A DNA stretch of 63,623 nucleotides, filler included, from 9 parts of 9 records of this genome joined end to end with filler, not necessarily neighbours in it; one strand, 5' to 3'. Positions 34,540 through 45,016 are shown, counted from the whole stretch's first letter. Made by a program: numbers and translations. The notes: a model not told the origin generated them from the sequence alone.

Positions 34540-37500
34540 TTGACGGCTGATGGCGGCGAGGCACGGGCGAACGTGCGCGGTGGCAAGCGCGCGGCAGCCA
34601 TCAGGCTGGTGCTGACGTCGATGTATGCGGTGGGCGGCGCGCTGGCTGCGCCGGAATCCACATCAACGACCTCGACCGCACGCGAGAACGCTGCCGCCAC
34701 TGTCGCCTTGCTGGGCGTGCTGAGCCCGATCACCGGATGGGGCACGGAGGTCCACTCTCCTGCGAGGCCTCAAGGCAGAGCTCTGGAGCCGCGCGTCGAC
34801 GCGTTCGGCCCGACTGCTGCCTGGCTAGAAACCGATGCCACTGCTCGAGCGGAGGATGGACGCGCTGGCACGCGCACGGATCTCCAGCGAGGTCGCTCGG
34901 GCATGGTGACACCGACCGAGCACAAAGACTCGTCGCTGGAGGTTGCCGTCCTGGAGCTGCGCACGATCGAGCCGGGGCCCAGCGTGCCGCAAGACAGAGA
35001 GCCTTGGCGCACAGTGCCGACCGGCGCGCGGGCAAGAGACGCCGAGCGCCTCGCGGCAGACCACAGCCTGTTCCTTGCGACGCCACTGTCAGAAGAAGCG
35101 CCCAGGCCGGCCCCGGTCAAGCGTGGGACCCAGGCGGTGGAGGACAAGTGGCAGGCTATGGTGAAGTGGGAGAAGGAGAAGTACGACCGGCGTGAGAAGC
35201 AAAAGGCAGCAGAAGATGCGAAGAAAGTGGAAGCGGAAGAAGCGGTAGTGCAGAAAAGCCGCAAACGTATTCAGCCACAGCGGCAAGGAGACCTCTACAC
35301 AAGGCTGGCAACGACCGACCGGCGAGGCAAGCCTCTGAAGCGAGGCTCGACGGCAACGAGGACTACCCCGTACGAACAGTCAATGAGACGTGGTCGCGAC
35401 AGCAGCACTGGCACCTGCGTCGCAAGGAGGCGGGATGCGTCCATAAGCAAAGCAAAGAGTAGTGCTGCCAGCCCGACGACTAGCAGAGCTAGTACGGACA
35501 ACCCAGCGGGTACCACCGAGACGCCATCAGTTGTGGCCAGGCTGTGCGACACTCGCGAGTACACGGGTGCGCATAAAATGCGTTTCGATGCGTCCGGCAG
35601 GGGCCGCGGAATCCGTGGCAGAAGAGATTCCATCGCACCAGTGCACGACATGGCCGCCTACACACGCAGAGGCCCACTGGCCGCTGAACAAGGGCAGCTG
35701 TGTGGTAACTTGAGCCTGACTGCGGCCGATGCTTCAATCTCGATTCTGGAGGGTGATCCACCGTCTCCAGAATCGAGATTGAAGCACAAATTTCGAGGGC
35801 TGTCGTACACAACGATGGGTCAGGATCCAAAGCTGCTTCTCAGATCGTTCGATAAGGACCGATCGGGCGAAATAGACATTCAGGAGTTCATCTCTGCTGC
35901 GCGCAGAGGCGCCGGCATGACACGGGAGCAGATGCCAGACGTAGAGCTGCGGCAACTCTTCCGAGCTGTTGATTCGGACGCTAGTGGGAGTATCAGCATA
36001 GATGAGCTGGTCACTTTTGTCTGGGGTAGAGAGGGATCGGTTTCCCTAAGTGTTTCACAGGCGGATGCCTCCTCCAAGCAGAAGCGGCTGCCTGGACGAG
36101 AACAGCCAAACGCGACTTGTCCAGAGCGATCCGATGCGTCGATCACTACAGGTACCAGCGCTACAGCAGCTTTGCCTGTTTTTCAAATGGATACTGTGGT
36201 CCAGGAGCTGAAAGCTCAGCAACAGCAGTCACAGCTCGCAGTCGTTGTAGACAATGAAAGCGATTCCGAGTCGGAGGAGGGCTCGGGTGGTGGGCAGCTC
36301 GCATGCCCGCTTGCTGACCAGGCATTGGATGAGCTGCAATCGGAGATGGATGCTCGATTCGACAACTTATTGGCAGCAGTCACGTCGATACCCGACGCGA
36401 CTTCAGGAACTGTCGAGACCGAGACAGCGCCAGAGACAGCAACAGGCGATGCTAAGCTCGACAACTTATTGGCAACAGTCAGTTCGATACCAAATGCAGC
36501 AATGGATGCGGTAGTGAAAACAGATCCACAGCACGAGCGGGAACTAGAGGTTGAGCTGGACGATGGCCAGGAGCAAGGGCTCCAGCCAGAGCCAGAACCA
36601 CAGCCCGAACCGAACCCACGCGTGTGCACGAGCAGTGAAGACCGTTCCCATACCGAGATTCAGCGCAAGCATGTTGCGCTAGAGTTTCTATCAACAGAGA
36701 CAACATACAGGGATGGGCTGCAGTGCCTGAAAGTAGAATGGATGGATCAATTGCGGTTCAAGAGTTCACAAGCGGTGAAGTCGACATCGAGTCAGATGGA
36801 CCAGTTGCAAGGTCAAGCTCGCAAGCAGAAGCGGGCGTCAATGCGACGAATGTCACGGGGAGGTGGCGGAAGCAACGCTAGCGCCGCAGCTGCCGCGACG
36901 ACGGCGGCCATGGGATTTCCTGATACACAAGACGTCGACAAGCTGTTTAGCAATGTGGAGTCGTTGCTTGTGCTGAGCGAACAGTTGTTGAGTACGCTGC
37001 AAGAGAGGATTGGGGAAAATCCTCCCGGTTCACAGTGGACGCCGAAGCAGAAAATCGGAGATATTTTTGTGACGCTCGGTCCGTACTTTACGTCAAGTTA
37101 CAAAGAGTACGTGGCGAACTTCGACAACGCAACTGCCCATGTAGCTACGATGCAGGCCACGTACCCTCTGTTTGCAACCACTCTTGATCAGCTGCGAGAA
37201 GTGCAGGGAGGTCTAGATCTGGCCAGCTATATGGTGATGCCAGTCCAACGCCTTCCACGCTACAGGATGCTGCTCGAGGAACTGATCGCGAAGACGTCGC
37301 CAGATCATGATGACTACACTGACCTTACAGCCGCACTCGAGATCATTAAGGATGTGACAACTGCTGTCAACGAAGCTGCGAGGGAAGACCGCAGCGCTGA
37401 GACAGAAGCGGAGACGTTGCGCCGCGAGCTGGCGAAATTACAGCTTCGCAACAGTCACAGCGACAATGACACTAAACGCAGCACCATAAGCGGCCACAAT

Positions 37501-37755
37501 GGCGTAGCGGACAGCAGCCAGCTCACACTGTTGCAGAAAGAGAAAGAGGATGCAGAAACTCAACGTCTGATAGCAGAGCAAATGAACGCTAAGCTTGCAC
37601 AGGCATTAGCTGCGAAGGATGCAGAGCTCAAGGCCGTTCGAGACAGCGCAGCAGCATTGACCGCAACCACACATATGGCTGCGACAGGCGTGGGAGAGAT
37701 CGGACATAATCTAGACGCTTTGTACGCCGAGCATCAGGTGCCGACAGAGAAATAG
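34540..37755 (+). CDS. Partial p25alpha (TPPP) motif + EF-hand pair + RhoGEF DH domain + coiled coil; true start probably upstream (possible exons from ATG 34113 and around 34303-34437)
   Basis: RLCDTREYTGAHKMRFDASGRGRGIRGR; EF loops DKDRSGEIDIQE and DSDASGSISIDE; DH motifs RKHVALEFLSTETTY, LFSNVESL, IGDIF, YMVMPVQRLPRYRMLLEEL, VNE. Confidence 0.85.
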   Translation: MTADGGEARANVRGGKRAAAIRLVLTSMYAVGGALAAPESTSTTSTARENAAATVALLGVLSPITGWGTEVHSPARPQGRALEPRVDAFGPTAAWLETDATARAEDGRAGTRTDLQRGRSGMVTPTEHKDSSLEVAVLELRTIEPGPSVPQDREPWRTVPTGARARDAERLAADHSLFLATPLSEEAPRPAPVKRGTQAVEDKWQAMVKWEKEKYDRREKQKAAEDAKKVEAEEAVVQKSRKRIQPQRQGDLYTRLATTDRRGKPLKRGSTATRTTPYEQSMRRGRDSSTGTCVARRRDASISKAKSSAASPTTSRASTDNPAGTTETPSVVARLCDTREYTGAHKMRFDASGRGRGIRGRRDSIAPVHDMAAYTRRGPLAAEQGQLCGNLSLTAADASISILEGDPPSPESRLKHKFRGLSYTTMGQDPKLLLRSFDKDRSGEIDIQEFISAARRGAGMTREQMPDVELRQLFRAVDSDASGSISIDELVTFVWGREGSVSLSVSQADASSKQKRLPGREQPNATCPERSDASITTGTSATAALPVFQMDTVVQELKAQQQQSQLAVVVDNESDSESEEGSGGGQLACPLADQALDELQSEMDARFDNLLAAVTSIPDATSGTVETETAPETATGDAKLDNLLATVSSIPNAAMDAVVKTDPQHERELEVELDDGQEQGLQPEPEPQPEPNPRVCTSSEDRSHTEIQRKHVALEFLSTETTYRDGLQCLKVEWMDQLRFKSSQAVKSTSSQMDQLQGQARKQKRASMRRMSRGGGGSNASAAAAATTAAMGFPDTQDVDKLFSNVESLLVLSEQLLSTLQERIGENPPGSQWTPKQKIGDIFVTLGPYFTSSYKEYVANFDNATAHVATMQATYPLFATTLDQLREVQGGLDLASYMVMPVQRLPRYRMLLEELIAKTSPDHDDYTDLTAALEIIKDVTTAVNEAAREDRSAETEAETLRRELAKLQLRNSHSDNDTKRSTISGHNGVADSSQLTLLQKEKEDAETQRLIAEQMNAKLAQALAAKDAELKAVRDSAAALTATTHMAATGVGEIGHNLDALYAEHQVPTEK

Positions 37756-38552
37756 ATTAGAAGATGGGCACCAGGCGACACGCTTGTTCCAACGGAGGGA
37801 GTGGTACGTTGAAGCTCAACTCGGTGGTGGGTGAGACTTGTGGGCCAGTCTCGTGTGACTACGACGGCACTGGTGGTTAGTGCATAGAGACCACTGAGAC
37901 GACCGCTGATGCCCATTAAGGCGCGTTTGAATGTTAAGGCGGGTGCCAGTATTCAAAATTCCCACTCGGCGTGGCGTTCTTGACTCGTTTCGCTCATTCG
38001 GCACACGCTTGGTGTCGGTCATTTTTTTTCTCTGGCCGCCGTCGCCAACCACTTCCTCAACTAGATGATTCAGCGTGGATAATGCCACAAGTACTCCCAA
38101 CACGGTAGCTTGGTGTTGTGTCAATCGATAGACTTGGCGCCCCCCAACGTTGCAAAGAACGTTGCTTTAATGACACTGCGCGCGCCACGCGACTCCGTTG
38201 TATTCAAACGGAGTCGCGTGGCGGCCGGAATCGCCCGACCCTTGATCAAATGCCACGAGCACATTCTCTGCGCCACGGACACATTGCCAGAACATTACGG
38301 AGAAGTACAGGGCCGCAACTGTGGCCCTGACTTACACCTAAATTGATGCGTGCGCTTTAGGATGTAGTTGTGGCCAGCGCAAATGACGAATGAAATCTGA
38401 CCATAGGCACGCAATGAACTCTGTAGAAATACCGATATACCGGGAAGGCGGGGGGGATGGGAGGGAGCGGGGGCGACAGTATGGTCCTAATGGCATCCAC
38501 GTATGCAGACACCCCGGTGGACAGTTCTTCTAGGGAAGAGGCGCCTCTTCCC

Positions 38553-38652
38553 NNNNNNNNNNNNNNNNNNNNNNNNNNNNNNNNNNNNNNNNNNNNTTAA
38601 TTAATTAANNNNNNNNNNNNNNNNNNNNNNNNNNNNNNNNNNNNNNNNNNNN
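38553..38652. other. Artificial contig linker 5
   Basis: N44-TTAATTAATTAA-N44. Confidence 0.98.
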
Positions 38653-38656
38653 GGCG

Positions 38657-38694
38657 TGACACCGGGCATAAGGCCCGCCTTATGCCCGGTGTCA
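38657..38694. repeat. Palindrome, 18-bp arms TGACACCGGGCATAAGGC with 2-nt spacer
   Basis: Perfect inverted repeat read directly. Confidence 0.95.
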
Positions 38695-39100
38695 GAGACC
38701 CCCTCTGGCGAGGGGACTTCCACCAACGCCACAGCACGGTCGAAAACTGGCTACCTGTGCTATACACAATCAAAACTACACCTAGCTAGAGGAACCTTCT
38801 GGCACCCTGCAACCCACTACGTGGCTCTGTTTTAACAACTGTGAGACAGCCGACGCGAGCCTCAGTAAAAACCCCTAGGCCAATGTCACCCGAAACGTGT
38901 CGAACTAGGGGTGAAAAGGGGCAAAGCTGGCGCCGCCCCTTTTCAACGTGGCTTAGGCATGCTGCCCCCGAGCATTGTACCATCGTACGATTGTGCCAAT
39001 CGGGTGCGCATCAATGACTGATAGTCATCCATGTTCATTCCAACTGTAAAGTACGCTACAGTTTGCTAGCTCAACTTCTAGTATGCTGCGTGTATCTCGG

Positions 39101-42100
39101 CTAGACTGCGACGTTGTCGTCGGCTCCGTAAGTGTGGACACACTCGTGCACTACAGCGAGCTGTGTCTTGAGGTCGGTCTGAGCCGTCTCAAGCACACCT
39201 AGGCGCAAGCCCACCTCCGAAAGCATCGACTTAATGTCTCGCACGGCCTTATCCAACTCGGCATCTTCCTGAGTCTGTTCCTGCTGGCGGAAGCAACGTC
39301 CTTTTGGTAGCCATGCAACCGAGCCGTGTAGAATCTCTTCGTACACAAATGCCTCAATGGGCGTTAAGTTAGACTTTGATCGACTATGGAGATAAACCAG
39401 CAAGAACGCGTACTGTACGTGGCTTGTGCTCTTCTCAGGCATCACTTCGCTAAACGTGATACCAGTTATGAAGCATGTGTTCGAGCGGTAAGCTACTGCT
39501 TCGTCCTGTTGCGTACGAAGCTCACCGAAGGTGTCACAAATGATACCGGTTATGATCGCGATGATGATGCACGAGGTCATAAGCATGAAGGTAACCTCCC
39601 ACAAAATGCGGCCTGTTTTCTCGTCTCCGAGTTCCGCAAAATCTTGAGGAATTGTCACCAGCTCAAGCCATTGTCCCAGTCCCTCTTGTGTCAGACCGAC
39701 CATCGAATAGCTGACAAAGCAACTCAGAAGGTTATCACATGGACCGTTATCGTTTAGGGTCCGATCGGATGTATGATCTCCTTGGAAGACTATCACTCCC
39801 AGGATCGCGAAGTAGTACATCAATAGCAAGGCGAGCAGCAGCGTTGTTGCAATACGAGCCATATTGTACCAAATGGACTGCAACACAATATTCGCGCCCG
39901 CAATATTCTTCACGCGATACAGGTGCCAGCTTAAGCACAGGGGGGACGTGAGGAAACCAGTCACTGAGAACACAATATCGAAGACCGCCTCCCAGAATTG
40001 CTTGTTGTAGCGAAGGAGATACATTGATTGTAGCGGAACTTTTCGTCCCATGGGTCCCAACAGATTGAGGATCGCTTGTAGATTCGTTACTAATATGTAG
40101 CCAGCGGAACTCTCTGCTGTGGAAGAGACCTCGTACTCTAGCTCGTCGACAAGTCGTGCCAAATAGCTGCCGGTAGAGTGAATGTAGTCATCGTCCACCT
40201 CTCGAATTTGAATCTTCATCTCTTTTGAGTGCTTGTGGCGCATCATGACGAACTGATCGTCGGGGTCACGACGGTGGCCATCTACAATGACGTTGTTGTT
40301 TTGCTCGCACTCCTTCAGTATTGTCTGTTTGGCACTGGTATTGGTGAAATTGAGGATCACCCAGCTATTCACCGCACCGGGGACTTTGACAACTTGGACT
40401 CCCGCAACCACACCGTAATGTGAAAACAACTTGGTGATAGTCAATTTATCGGCGATGGTTTCTGGAAATCCGTACGCATGTATGGTATGCTTGAGGAAGT
40501 CCTGGTGATCAGAATCGTGGCGACCTTCGCCACTTAAATGTAGTGTACGTTGTTCACGTCCGCGAGCTTTTAGCATCACAGGTACTCGCACGGCACTGAA
40601 GTGATAGAACGCAAGGAGACAAACGAACAGGTGCACCGTGGACAGAAACTGGTATAGCGCCCACATTTCTGGAAAGCTGTCATCGAACACAAGGTTATTC
40701 CAGCGCAAGTATGTCTCTTTGCTCAAACTCTTACCATTTGATACGGGGTCCCCTTGTCCCGAAGGTACATAGGAGATGATGCATACGACGCTGGTAAGGA
40801 AGCTGAAGTACAGCACTGCGTCTCCAGAAGAGAAATTGGTTATCCAATGGTGCAGCCTAATAAACTTGTCCTCCTCGACCTTGAGATCCTGCATGATGAG
40901 ATTGACAATATCCATGCACCCATCGACGAAGTCACGAAGCTTGTCGTCATCGTTCTCGCGTGATGCGCCATCCATAACACGCAGTATATCTTTCTCAAGA
41001 TCCCGTCGTTTGTCGACGTCCATGTAAATATCCGGCATCCAAAAGAAAATGCGTTGAAGAATCCCGTCCGGCCCAACGACTTCTACCTCTCCAAGACGCG
41101 CATGGAAATACTCAAGGGTCTTGGGGTCGGAAATCAATGGCTTGCGCGTGTCCTGCGAACCATAGCGATTGCCCTTACCTTCTTCTTCACGCAGCAAAGC
41201 TTGAACCCCATACGTTGTCTTGTCCACGACTGTCATGAGCTTGAAAGCATCGCCTGATATCCACGCAGCAGTGCGATCCTCCAGTGGAACACGATTGTCT
41301 TCGCGCTGTTCGAATTCCTCATCAAATTCAATGGATCCGTTTTCCATTACTCGTCGTAAAATTTTCAACTGGTTACCCCAGGCGGTCCAGTTCAAACCAC
41401 GGCATACAGTATTCATCACATGGGCTGGAGGCTCACCGTCGATCAATGTGACCAAGAGTCGGCTGATCTGGGCAATCAATTTGCGTTTCGGGCTATGTGT
41501 TCCAGATTTTAATATGTCGCGATGGTTGTATTGACAGTAGGATAACATGCGATTGATGATCGAAATGATCTCGGTATTGCAGATAGCCGACTGAGCGTCT
41601 CGGTTGGGGCCACTGCACACAGCAATCAAGATTCTTAGGCCAGCGTAGCACTGCTCCAGCACTGCTGCAATCGGCTCTTCGAAATTGTCGTCTAGCCCCC
41701 ACTGTTCCACGTACACCTTGGTATCCCGCTCAGCTTGATTGAGGTAGGCCACAACATCAGCCACCAGGTTCAGGTCTCGTAGGTGACCTGGCTGACGTAG
41801 GATATAGCATTGCATCCCTTTGTGGCTGCCTAAGCACATATTCATCATTAGTGTGAGTGTTTCTGTAGCGTAGCCACTCTCGTTCACAGTGATTGACGAA
41901 TCAAGCTTGACGTTCTGCTCCTCCGCCTTCTCCTTTTCTGCTCTCAGCTTCCGATGCAACTTGAGGTCTTTTACACTAGCGCGCAATAGACGCCGGAGAG
42001 CCCCGGCACAAATCTCTGTTTCGCTCGATTCCATCTGGGAAAGCAGAGAGTTTTGCACGTCAACGTTCCCTAAGCGTAGCCCTCCCCCAGTCATCGCGAG

Positions 42101-44872
42101 CAGCAACCGAAGCGCGCAGAGATGTAACGCGGCAAATGTCTCGTTGTCCAATATCCGAAAGCACAACATCCCCCATCCTTGATCAATCATGGATATCTGC
42201 ACCCTCGCGACATCGGGGTTTGATGTGCAGTCCAACGGGGCTGCTTTGATGAAAGCATAAAAGCAATGTGGTGACGTGTCCATGCTGTCCGATGACTCAT
42301 AATGCTCAGACATCGCGTATGGAATACCCCGAGCAGCATCCAGCATCGCGAGCAGCTTGGGTACACTACTGAGGTCAGACGTCTTCAACATTCTGTCTAA
42401 TTCATAATTCAGTGGTACAAGCAAGCAACTCGCGTAGTGGATTGGTTCCCTGCTCTGCTCTCCGATTCCATCATGCGGAACGAATTGCCACAGTGCTTTT
42501 GACACGCGCATAAGACCTTGTCCGACAACTCTGTTCGTTTTTGTGATAAAGCGGATGTCCATGGTTTTAATGAGTGTTCTGACAATGGACGACCACGACT
42601 CGTTGCCTGGTGACAGTCTCTCTTTTGACTGCTCTGGGGCTGTGAGCTTTCGTAGGTGGTGAATCGGCTGGCTCTGTGGCCAGAGTTGTGTAATCTGTTG
42701 CAACTGTTCGAGAGCGTTGCGTTCCTGCTCAGTCCAAAACTGATTGGAGCCGTTCAATGCCGCACGCATCAGGGTGCCCAAGTCTGCGAACGCGTTCTGC
42801 ACAACACTGACGTCTTCGCGTGCGACATCTTTGAACGGCATCACCTCCGCAAACTGAATGAAGAACAAGATAGCCTGTTCAAAAATATACCGTCTATCAT
42901 TCGCGGAGATTATGCACTCTCCACGCGAGTTTGCACTAGAACGGAGGTCACGCATGTCTTCAATTATGCTCAACGCAATTGGTTTGGCAAATGGTGCGTG
43001 GGTTTTCTCATCACAGGACCAGACGCCATTGAAGGGACGCTGTAGAGCCTTCAGAATGTGCGTAGAGTTGGTATCAACGAAGACGTCCCTGAAGAAGCAA
43101 ACCGTGCAATTTTTGATGCCAGTAATGTCTTCTTCGGTTCGTTGCAAGTCTGGGTGGTCATAAATCTCGTGAAGCCGCGTAACGACCACGCTGAAAGGCA
43201 ATATTGACGCACACAGCAGCTCTGTTGTGGGATTTTTCCCACTGGCACACTGTGCAAGGATAATTAACGATGAAGCGTAGTACTTAGCTTCGCATGTGCA
43301 TCGCCGGCACAGGTCTCGTTCTTCAGCATCCGCTGTCCCATCATCGTAGTTGAATATCGTCGCCAGCATACCAACCCGGTCGCGTCCAGGACCAACTCCC
43401 CATTCATCTTCATCAAGTTGAGCGGATACCTCTAACATGTCTTTCGACATCATTGCACCCTTACAGACCTGAATCTGCATCTCCACAAGAGGCTTTCCGT
43501 CAACGAATAAAAGCTTTTCAAGCAGGTTCATCAAGCTGAGTTTTCGCCCGAATGCCTTCGACAGACCTGCTACGGCATCCACAAGCTGTTCGCCGAGCAT
43601 GAGCGATAGCGGCTTGTTGTCTGTCACAATGCTGCGGACGCAGTGCGCTGCCGCATCGGTGTAGTTTTCATCCCATAGCAGCCTCTTGAAGATACTATCC
43701 ATGTGAGTAGCCATCAGCATTTGATTCTCGTCATTGCCGTCGCAAAACTTCTCAACAAGAATGAGCGTCTTTCTCATCAACGTCTGGAATATCGGCGTGC
43801 CCAGTCGCATAAGCAGCACGCGAGAGGCGTACTCTTCAAAGTTGAGGTCACGGAGCAGGTTTTGTCCAGCCAAGGTAGTGCAATGCCTAGCAAGTTCACC
43901 CTCAACAAGTGCAATACACTGCGTGCAGTCGTCTTCCCTGTGCAGCCACTTCCGCAGCCGTCGGAACTCTGACATAGCTTCGTATGCCTCGAAAAATGTT
44001 ATGGCTTCTTCCGGAGTACACAGCACGGTCACATCACGCAGCACTTTTGAGAAAGCATAGTTCTGAGAAAGATAGCTGATCAGCGTTTCGAACCCTTTGA
44101 ACCCGAGATCAGGGTCCACAGTGTACTGCAGGACGTCCACGAGAATGTGCGTCATCTCTTCGTCATATTGTGCTGGGAACACGCGGATGCTCTTAATTTT
44201 CGCCAGCGCTAACTCAGCCATCTTGTCCATGTTTCGATCCCTTGATTTAGGTGACATGGTGTCCCAGCTGCCGTCGACTCCATGTTTTCTGACGGTCTTA
44301 CTCTTCTTGTCATTCGTCGAGGCCAACTCTGAATCGAACGTGCTGGCGGGGTTAGTAGCATCACTTGTGGGATCGTGCGATTCATCCATGGACAGAGGAT
44401 TCGAAAACCTGACACCACCGTCGTCAGGAGATGTCTTGGTGGGACTGGTGTCAAAAGACTGCGGCGTGGTTGAACTAGCACGAGGAGTCACAGGGACTGC
44501 GTCTGCATAAAAATTCTTGAGAAGCTCAGCTACCCGTGTGCTAGCACGCATAGCAAAGAGCGTATTGATGACCTCAAGGATGCGCCTTTTCATGAACATC
44601 ACCGTCGAGTTCTCGTGACTGAGGACGAATCTATTTACGCTGGGATTTCCGATGTCGTCTTTCCTGCCGTCCAGCAATGGCAGTAGCGCCGTACCAAGTG
44701 ATTTTCCTTCTTCGCCTAACAACAGGACACCGTCGCTGTGTTTGTCCAGATGAAATGAATTATCGTACACTCCGCACAGTAGTAGTTGCTGCACCAAGTC
44801 GAGAATTGCACACAAAAATTGGTTTGCAGCAATTTGCATCCTGTCAATGTTTCCTTCTGTTCCCTTCAGCAC
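39101..44872 (-). CDS. IP3-receptor/ryanodine-receptor-like Ca2+ channel, 5'-truncated
   Basis: RIH-like FCDGNDENQMLM; RIH-associated MCLGSHKGMQCYILRQ and CSGPNRDAQ; GEVEVV..GILQRIFF..P; TM segments; CDNLLSCF; IITGIICDTFGELR; NTCFI. Confidence 0.88.
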   Translation of the reverse strand: MLKGTEGNIDRMQIAANQFLCAILDLVQQLLLCGVYDNSFHLDKHSDGVLLLGEEGKSLGTALLPLLDGRKDDIGNPSVNRFVLSHENSTVMFMKRRILEVINTLFAMRASTRVAELLKNFYADAVPVTPRASSTTPQSFDTSPTKTSPDDGGVRFSNPLSMDESHDPTSDATNPASTFDSELASTNDKKSKTVRKHGVDGSWDTMSPKSRDRNMDKMAELALAKIKSIRVFPAQYDEEMTHILVDVLQYTVDPDLGFKGFETLISYLSQNYAFSKVLRDVTVLCTPEEAITFFEAYEAMSEFRRLRKWLHREDDCTQCIALVEGELARHCTTLAGQNLLRDLNFEEYASRVLLMRLGTPIFQTLMRKTLILVEKFCDGNDENQMLMATHMDSIFKRLLWDENYTDAAAHCVRSIVTDNKPLSLMLGEQLVDAVAGLSKAFGRKLSLMNLLEKLLFVDGKPLVEMQIQVCKGAMMSKDMLEVSAQLDEDEWGVGPGRDRVGMLATIFNYDDGTADAEERDLCRRCTCEAKYYASSLIILAQCASGKNPTTELLCASILPFSVVVTRLHEIYDHPDLQRTEEDITGIKNCTVCFFRDVFVDTNSTHILKALQRPFNGVWSCDEKTHAPFAKPIALSIIEDMRDLRSSANSRGECIISANDRRYIFEQAILFFIQFAEVMPFKDVAREDVSVVQNAFADLGTLMRAALNGSNQFWTEQERNALEQLQQITQLWPQSQPIHHLRKLTAPEQSKERLSPGNESWSSIVRTLIKTMDIRFITKTNRVVGQGLMRVSKALWQFVPHDGIGEQSREPIHYASCLLVPLNYELDRMLKTSDLSSVPKLLAMLDAARGIPYAMSEHYESSDSMDTSPHCFYAFIKAAPLDCTSNPDVARVQISMIDQGWGMLCFRILDNETFAALHLCALRLLLAMTGGGLRLGNVDVQNSLLSQMESSETEICAGALRRLLRASVKDLKLHRKLRAEKEKAEEQNVKLDSSITVNESGYATETLTLMMNMCLGSHKGMQCYILRQPGHLRDLNLVADVVAYLNQAERDTKVYVEQWGLDDNFEEPIAAVLEQCYAGLRILIAVCSGPNRDAQSAICNTEIISIINRMLSYCQYNHRDILKSGTHSPKRKLIAQISRLLVTLIDGEPPAHVMNTVCRGLNWTAWGNQLKILRRVMENGSIEFDEEFEQREDNRVPLEDRTAAWISGDAFKLMTVVDKTTYGVQALLREEEGKGNRYGSQDTRKPLISDPKTLEYFHARLGEVEVVGPDGILQRIFFWMPDIYMDVDKRRDLEKDILRVMDGASRENDDDKLRDFVDGCMDIVNLIMQDLKVEEDKFIRLHHWITNFSSGDAVLYFSFLTSVVCIISYVPSGQGDPVSNGKSLSKETYLRWNNLVFDDSFPEMWALYQFLSTVHLFVCLLAFYHFSAVRVPVMLKARGREQRTLHLSGEGRHDSDHQDFLKHTIHAYGFPETIADKLTITKLFSHYGVVAGVQVVKVPGAVNSWVILNFTNTSAKQTILKECEQNNNVIVDGHRRDPDDQFVMMRHKHSKEMKIQIREVDDDYIHSTGSYLARLVDELEYEVSSTAESSAGYILVTNLQAILNLLGPMGRKVPLQSMYLLRYNKQFWEAVFDIVFSVTGFLTSPLCLSWHLYRVKNIAGANIVLQSIWYNMARIATTLLLALLLMYYFAILGVIVFQGDHTSDRTLNDNGPCDNLLSCFVSYSMVGLTQEGLGQWLELVTIPQDFAELGDEKTGRILWEVTFMLMTSCIIIAIITGIICDTFGELRTQQDEAVAYRSNTCFITGITFSEVMPEKSTSHVQYAFLLVYLHSRSKSNLTPIEAFVYEEILHGSVAWLPKGRCFRQQEQTQEDAELDKAVRDIKSMLSEVGLRLGVLETAQTDLKTQLAVVHECVHTYGADDNVAV

Positions 44873-44873
44873 A

Positions 44874-44973
44874 NNNNNNNNNNNNNNNNNNNNNNNNNNN
44901 NNNNNNNNNNNNNNNNNTTAATTAATTAANNNNNNNNNNNNNNNNNNNNNNNNNNNNNNNNNNNNNNNNNNNN
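44874..44973. other. Artificial contig linker 6
   Basis: N44-TTAATTAATTAA-N44. Confidence 0.98.
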
Positions 44974-45016
44974 CCAGTCATTTTGCCAGTCAAACGGCAC
45001 CCAAGGCATCGTAGAT

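Noticed and set aside
5129-44872. A clustered Ca2+/cytoskeleton system (myosin, EF-hand proteins, RhoGEF, IP3R)
   Set aside because: The genes lie on five separate contigs, so their adjacency is artificial.
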